A model generated the notes under the pieces. It was given only the letters and a program-made list of their open reading frames with translations, made no database searches and was not told the DNA's origin. Of a stretch of 64,000 bases of DNA, positions 59,396-64,000 are shown one piece after another (position 1 is the stretch's first letter; each line of letters opens with the position of its first letter). The position numbers and the translations under genes are program-made. This DNA comes from Candidatus Kapaibacterium sp. GTDB taxonomy: Bacteria; Bacteroidota; Ignavibacteria; Kapaibacteriales; UBA2268. The stretch spans positions 1,184,001 to 1,248,000 of the forward strand of contig OY762428.1 of NCBI GenBank assembly GCA_963665665.1, in the 5' to 3' direction.

Positions 59396-61540
59396 ATGCT
59401 TCAGGTTGTGCAATATCAAAAAACAGGAAAAGTATCGGTGGAAGAACTGCCATCTCCGGGATGCCCGGAGGGCGGAGTTCTCGTCAGGACAGATTATTCC
59501 CTGATCAGCGCGGGTACCGAGAAAATATCAGTTACAAATACGAAATCTTCTTTAATTCAGAGAGCCAGAAAACAACCGGATCAGGTTAAATTAGTTATTG
59601 ATTTCCTGAAAAGGGACGGCGTAATTTCAACAGCCAAAAGGGTTCTTTCAACTCTGGATTCTTATAAAATTTTAGGATACAGCGCTTCGGGAACTGTTGT
59701 GGAATCAAGATGTGACGAATTTTCTCCGGGTGACATGGTTGCATGTGCCGGAGCGGGTATCGCAAACCATGCAGAAATGCTTGCCGTGCCAAAAAACCTT
59801 ACGGCCAGAATCCCGTCAAACGTTGACTCTGCTGACGCTGCCTATACAACCGTCGGCACTATTGCAATGCAGGGAGTGCGGCAGGCTGATGTAAGGCTCG
59901 GCGAAAATGTAGCCGTCATCGGGTTAGGCCTGATAGGGCAGATAACTGTTCAGCTTTTGAAAGCTTCGGGGTGCAGGGTAGCCGGAGCCGATATTGATAC
60001 ATCTCTTTTTGATCTTGCCAAAAAATCCGGCTGCGATGAAGTATTTCCCAGCTCTTTTGATTCTATTGATTCCATGTTGGCTTTCACGGGCGGTATTGGA
60101 TTTGATTCTGTGATAATCACAGCCAGTACGCCTTCGGATCAACCTGCTGAATTAGCATTGAAATTAGCACGAAAAAAAGGTAAAGTTATAATTGTGGGCG
60201 CTATTGGTATGAACCTGCCACGTTCCCCGTTTTATGAAAAAGAACTTGATTTAAGAATGTCATGCAGTTACGGCCCCGGACGATATGACGCAAATTACGA
60301 ACAGAGAGGACAGGATTACCCGCCCGCCTATGTTCGCTGGACTGAAAACCGCAATATGCAGTCATTCCTGCAATTAATATCTTCCGGCAGCATTGATATG
60401 AAAATGCTGACCACACATACATTTGATATTAATAAAGCCCCGGATGCCTACGGACTGATAACAGATAACACCGAACCTTACCTTGGCATTTTGCTACAAT
60501 ACCCGCAACGGGAAGGGGCAGACAAAAGAACAATAAATATAAAGACAGAAAACAGCAAAACTGACAAAGTAAAAATTACTTTCGTCGGCGCCGGCAGTTT
60601 CGCGAAGTCATTCCTGCTGCCACCGCTAAAAAGCCTCGGAACAGAGATGGTAGCTGTAAGTACTGCTACGGCAGTAAATGCGGAAACCATGGCAAGGCAA
60701 TACGGATTCGGCCAGGCATCAACTGATTCAAGCACAATCATTGCCGATAAAAATTCAAATACAGTATTTTGTGCAACTCAGCACGACACTCACGGACAGT
60801 ATGTTCTGGAAGCAGTAAATGCAGGAAAAGCCGTTTTCGTGGAAAAACCATTATGTACAAATACAGGCCAATTGAAAAAGATCAACGATGCGGTGGAGAA
60901 AAATAATGGCCGGGTTATGGTCGGCTTCAACAGAAGATTTTCTAAGTCTTTTGAATTAATCAAAGAGTTCTTTTCTTCCAGAAAAGAACCGATGAATATC
61001 ATGTACAGGGCAAATGCCGGTAAAATGCCGAAATCGCACTGGGTTCTTACTCCCGAAAACGGTGGCAGAATTATTGGCGAGGCATGCCATTTTATCGACT
61101 GCATGGCTTACCTGACCGGAGCAAAAGCTGTTAGTGTTTATGCTAAAGCCATCGGCGCAGTTGATACCGAAATTACCAACAGGGATAATGTATCGATTGT
61201 AATTTCTTTCGACGACGGATCAGTCGGTACTGTTTTATATTTTGCCGACGGTGCATCAACCATTCCCAAAGAGTACTGTGAAGTATATTGCGAAAAAGCT
61301 ACTGCCGTAATGAATAATTTCAAATCGGTTGAACTTCACCGGGCTGGTAAGATAAAAAAACACAGCCTTGACGGCAGAAAAGGACATGATGAAGAAGTAA
61401 AAGCATTTATTGAATCCTTAAGGCAGGGAAAAAATCTACCGATTGATTATTCAACTTTGCAAAATATTACACTTGCAACTTTTGCCGCCGAAGAATCTAT
61501 CAGTACTGGCAGAGTAATTAATATTAACGAGTTAATATAA
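59396..61540 (+). CDS. Bi-domain oxidoreductase (MDR/zinc-binding dehydrogenase-like + Gfo/Idh/MocA)
   Basis: SLISAGTE, GLGLIG, SCSYGPGRYD..YE, RWTENRN; second domain VFVEKP, VGFNRRF, IGEACHFID. Confidence 0.92.
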   Translation: MLQVVQYQKTGKVSVEELPSPGCPEGGVLVRTDYSLISAGTEKISVTNTKSSLIQRARKQPDQVKLVIDFLKRDGVISTAKRVLSTLDSYKILGYSASGTVVESRCDEFSPGDMVACAGAGIANHAEMLAVPKNLTARIPSNVDSADAAYTTVGTIAMQGVRQADVRLGENVAVIGLGLIGQITVQLLKASGCRVAGADIDTSLFDLAKKSGCDEVFPSSFDSIDSMLAFTGGIGFDSVIITASTPSDQPAELALKLARKKGKVIIVGAIGMNLPRSPFYEKELDLRMSCSYGPGRYDANYEQRGQDYPPAYVRWTENRNMQSFLQLISSGSIDMKMLTTHTFDINKAPDAYGLITDNTEPYLGILLQYPQREGADKRTINIKTENSKTDKVKITFVGAGSFAKSFLLPPLKSLGTEMVAVSTATAVNAETMARQYGFGQASTDSSTIIADKNSNTVFCATQHDTHGQYVLEAVNAGKAVFVEKPLCTNTGQLKKINDAVEKNNGRVMVGFNRRFSKSFELIKEFFSSRKEPMNIMYRANAGKMPKSHWVLTPENGGRIIGEACHFIDCMAYLTGAKAVSVYAKAIGAVDTEITNRDNVSIVISFDDGSVGTVLYFADGASTIPKEYCEVYCEKATAVMNNFKSVELHRAGKIKKHSLDGRKGHDEEVKAFIESLRQGKNLPIDYSTLQNITLATFAAEESISTGRVININELI

Positions 61541-61586
61541 AATGAACTTATACAATGAAATATTGACAAAGACAAACGGGAGAAAT

Positions 61587-64000
61587 ATGAATAAGAATAT
61601 TAACCTGAAATCGATCTCAAAATATTTTACAACAATATTTTTATTTATGTTGTTTACAATTCCCGGATTGGCACAGAGCAGTAAATACAAACCATTTTCT
61701 GAAAATGAACTTAAAAAAATCGTTCCTTCATCTACCAGGCTGATTTACAGCCTGGCGGGTAAATGGCAGAAGTCATTCGATGAATCGGAATGGACAAACG
61801 TCATTCTGCCTGCTTCCGAAAACCATGAAGAAAGAGTAGTATATAAAAGAACGATTAAAATTTCTTCCGAACTTACCGAACAGTATAACTGGCAATTATA
61901 TTTCCTCGGTATTGAAGACCACGTGGAAGTTTATGTAAATTCACAGTTTGTTGGCAGATACTTCGGGGGAATGACCCCATTCTATGTGAAACTTCCTGCA
62001 AGAATGGTAAAAGGCGGAACGAATGAAGTAAAACTGGTTGTAACCCCTGTTAGCAGTACTTCAAGGCAAATTCGCGCTCAGAATATATTCGGCCACAGAA
62101 TATATACAGGACTTCTTCGTGAAGCTCTTCTGATTGGAACGCCCCATATATGGATTAAGGATATCAGCTATACAACCAAACTGAAAAGCGGCGGCAATGC
62201 TCAAATTAATTTTAAAGCAAATATCAGCGCCGGGGAAATTGAAAGCCTTTTCAAATATGGAGCTTTTAGGGATTCTCTCGGCACTCCGGGAGCCGAAAAA
62301 TTACAGGTATCGCTTGAATACAACCTGAAAAGAAAAGATGCACCTGCCGAATCCATTCCAATTACAGGTACAAGAATTATTACTGTTGAAAGAGAAAGAA
62401 CTCAGGATTTCAATTTTAACCTGAATATTTCATCCCCAAAATTATGGGCCCCGGAATCTCCTGAATTATATGATCTTACCGTGAATTTAAAAAGAAACGG
62501 GCATTTAATTGATGACTTCAGAATCGATGTTGGTTTCAGAGATCTGCGAGTTAGTAATTCTGACAGCCCGGTTATATATCTGAATGGTAAGCCTCTTAAA
62601 ATCAAAGGTATATCATATATTGAAGATATATATTCCGGAGGACAGACCCTTAACCCGGCCCAGATGGAAAGGGATATAAGGAAAATTAAAACCTTGGGAG
62701 CAAATTTAGTAAGATTTAAAATGGCTCCCCCACATCCTTACCTGTTATCATTATGTGATAAATACGGAATTATGGCTCTTGTTGAATTACCCGTTTATGA
62801 TGTTCCCGCAGAAATACTGGACATGGATGAAATCAAGGTCAGGATGAAAAATATTTCCAAACGTTTTGTTTCTTCCTATTCCGGCAACCCAAGTGTTATT
62901 GCCTGGGGTATAAGTACAGGCATTCGCGAAAATACTGAACCTTCCGAAAGATTCAACTCGCAGATGATAAAAACACTTAAAAACTCCACCGATAAATTGA
63001 TTTATAAAGTTTCCTATTTCGGTGCAAATGAAAGCAATTTAAAAGATTTTGATTTTGTCGGTTATAAACCTGTCAGGGAAAAATACAGTTTCACTGATTT
63101 CAAAAACGAAGCTGCAAGGCTGATGTCAATTTCAGGAAAGAAACCCGTAATTTTTCTTTATGGTATCGCCATTCAGCCCAAAAACCATAATGGATTTTCC
63201 GATCCGTTGTCAATTGAATCGCAGGCATATTATATCAGGAATTCATTCCATATTGTAAACGAACTGAAAGCTGCCGGAAGCATAATTAATAATTTCAATG
63301 ACTACGAACTTAACGTACCTTTGCTGATTACAAATAACAGCCAGCGATTTGTATGTTCCGGCGGGCTTGTTTCCAGAACACGTGATCAAAGGCTGTCTTA
63401 TGAGTTATTACAGACTCTTTTCAACGCCGAGAAGGAACCACTGCTCAATGCGGGATCTTACAATGAAGAAACGCCTGTAATATTTATCATTACCGGCATC
63501 ATTCTTGGAATTATTCTTGTATTCCTTATAAACAGATTCAAACGTTTCAGGGAGTATCTTTTCCGTTCAGTGCTCAGGCCTTATAATTTTTACGCTGATA
63601 TCCGGGACCAGAGAATCATGTCCTCTGTGCAAACTATCCTTCTTGGCCTTGTCATTTCAGCAACAGCAGGCATTTTCCTGGCATCAATTTTCTATTACTA
63701 TCGCACGAACATTCTTGCCGAATACTTATATATGCTGGCAATACCCGGTAGTAACCTTCGGGAACTATTCTTCAGGCTGATTTGGATGCCTGAATTTCTG
63801 CTGATATTCAGTACATCGCTGATTTTTATCCTTGCAGTTATCTCGGCATTCTTTATCAGGATATTCGCATTCTTTACCAGGGCAAGAATATTTTATCGCG
63901 ATACACTTACGATAACAATCTGGTCAGCAGTACCCTTTCTGATACTTCTCCCGGTTTCGATTGTTCTTATTAGGCTTTTAGTTTATTCCGACCAACTGAA
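61587..64000 (+). CDS. GH2-fold protein with C-terminal multi-pass membrane domain, truncated by the window end
   Basis: Manual translation: signal peptide, LWAPESPELY, VGFR, LNGKPLKIKG, GANLVRF..PPHP..CDKYGI, then several TM helices. Not in the ORF track (no stop codon in the window). Confidence 0.85.
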   Translation, partial: MNKNINLKSISKYFTTIFLFMLFTIPGLAQSSKYKPFSENELKKIVPSSTRLIYSLAGKWQKSFDESEWTNVILPASENHEERVVYKRTIKISSELTEQYNWQLYFLGIEDHVEVYVNSQFVGRYFGGMTPFYVKLPARMVKGGTNEVKLVVTPVSSTSRQIRAQNIFGHRIYTGLLREALLIGTPHIWIKDISYTTKLKSGGNAQINFKANISAGEIESLFKYGAFRDSLGTPGAEKLQVSLEYNLKRKDAPAESIPITGTRIITVERERTQDFNFNLNISSPKLWAPESPELYDLTVNLKRNGHLIDDFRIDVGFRDLRVSNSDSPVIYLNGKPLKIKGISYIEDIYSGGQTLNPAQMERDIRKIKTLGANLVRFKMAPPHPYLLSLCDKYGIMALVELPVYDVPAEILDMDEIKVRMKNISKRFVSSYSGNPSVIAWGISTGIRENTEPSERFNSQMIKTLKNSTDKLIYKVSYFGANESNLKDFDFVGYKPVREKYSFTDFKNEAARLMSISGKKPVIFLYGIAIQPKNHNGFSDPLSIESQAYYIRNSFHIVNELKAAGSIINNFNDYELNVPLLITNNSQRFVCSGGLVSRTRDQRLSYELLQTLFNAEKEPLLNAGSYNEETPVIFIITGIILGIILVFLINRFKRFREYLFRSVLRPYNFYADIRDQRIMSSVQTILLGLVISATAGIFLASIFYYYRTNILAEYLYMLAIPGSNLRELFFRLIWMPEFLLIFSTSLIFILAVISAFFIRIFAFFTRARIFYRDTLTITIWSAVPFLILLPVSIVLIRLLVYSDQL

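Noticed and set aside
1-64000. rRNA, tRNA, CRISPR arrays, prophage or intact transposases
   Set aside because: None recognised by eye; small ncRNAs cannot be excluded without a covariance-model search.

Overview
A 64 kb chromosomal window of low-to-moderate GC from an FCB-group diderm, most likely Candidatus Kapabacteria or Ignavibacteria-like. This is inferred from many T9SS C-terminal domains, a PorV-like barrel, a GWxTD protein and bat genes, combined with frequent Shine-Dalgarno motifs. Housekeeping genes include dCMP deaminase, gldA, batBCDE, a LonC-type protease, a PduO-type adenosyltransferase, MarC, uvrA, LpxL, WaaF, a GT10 fucosyltransferase and PolX-PHP. Cell-envelope and secretion genes dominate, with seven T9SS-CTD proteins and one IPTL-CTERM GLUG protein. 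The main candidates for a novel system are: (1) an ECF sigma factor translationally coupled to an inner-membrane-anchored putative anti-sigma factor that ends in a T9SS sorting domain (16.7-19.2 kb); (2) a second ECF with a dual-membrane-spanning anti-sigma heading a T9SS substrate / TonB receptor / giant substrate / PorV-like locus (44.2-57.3 kb); (3) two Cys-rich secreted paralogs flanking a T9SS propeller protein; (4) an IPT + PQ-loop + TerB fusion; (5) apparent GH2 and PolX pseudoenzymes. Two single-base frameshifts and several REP-like elements are visible. No rRNA, tRNA, CRISPR array or intact transposase was seen.
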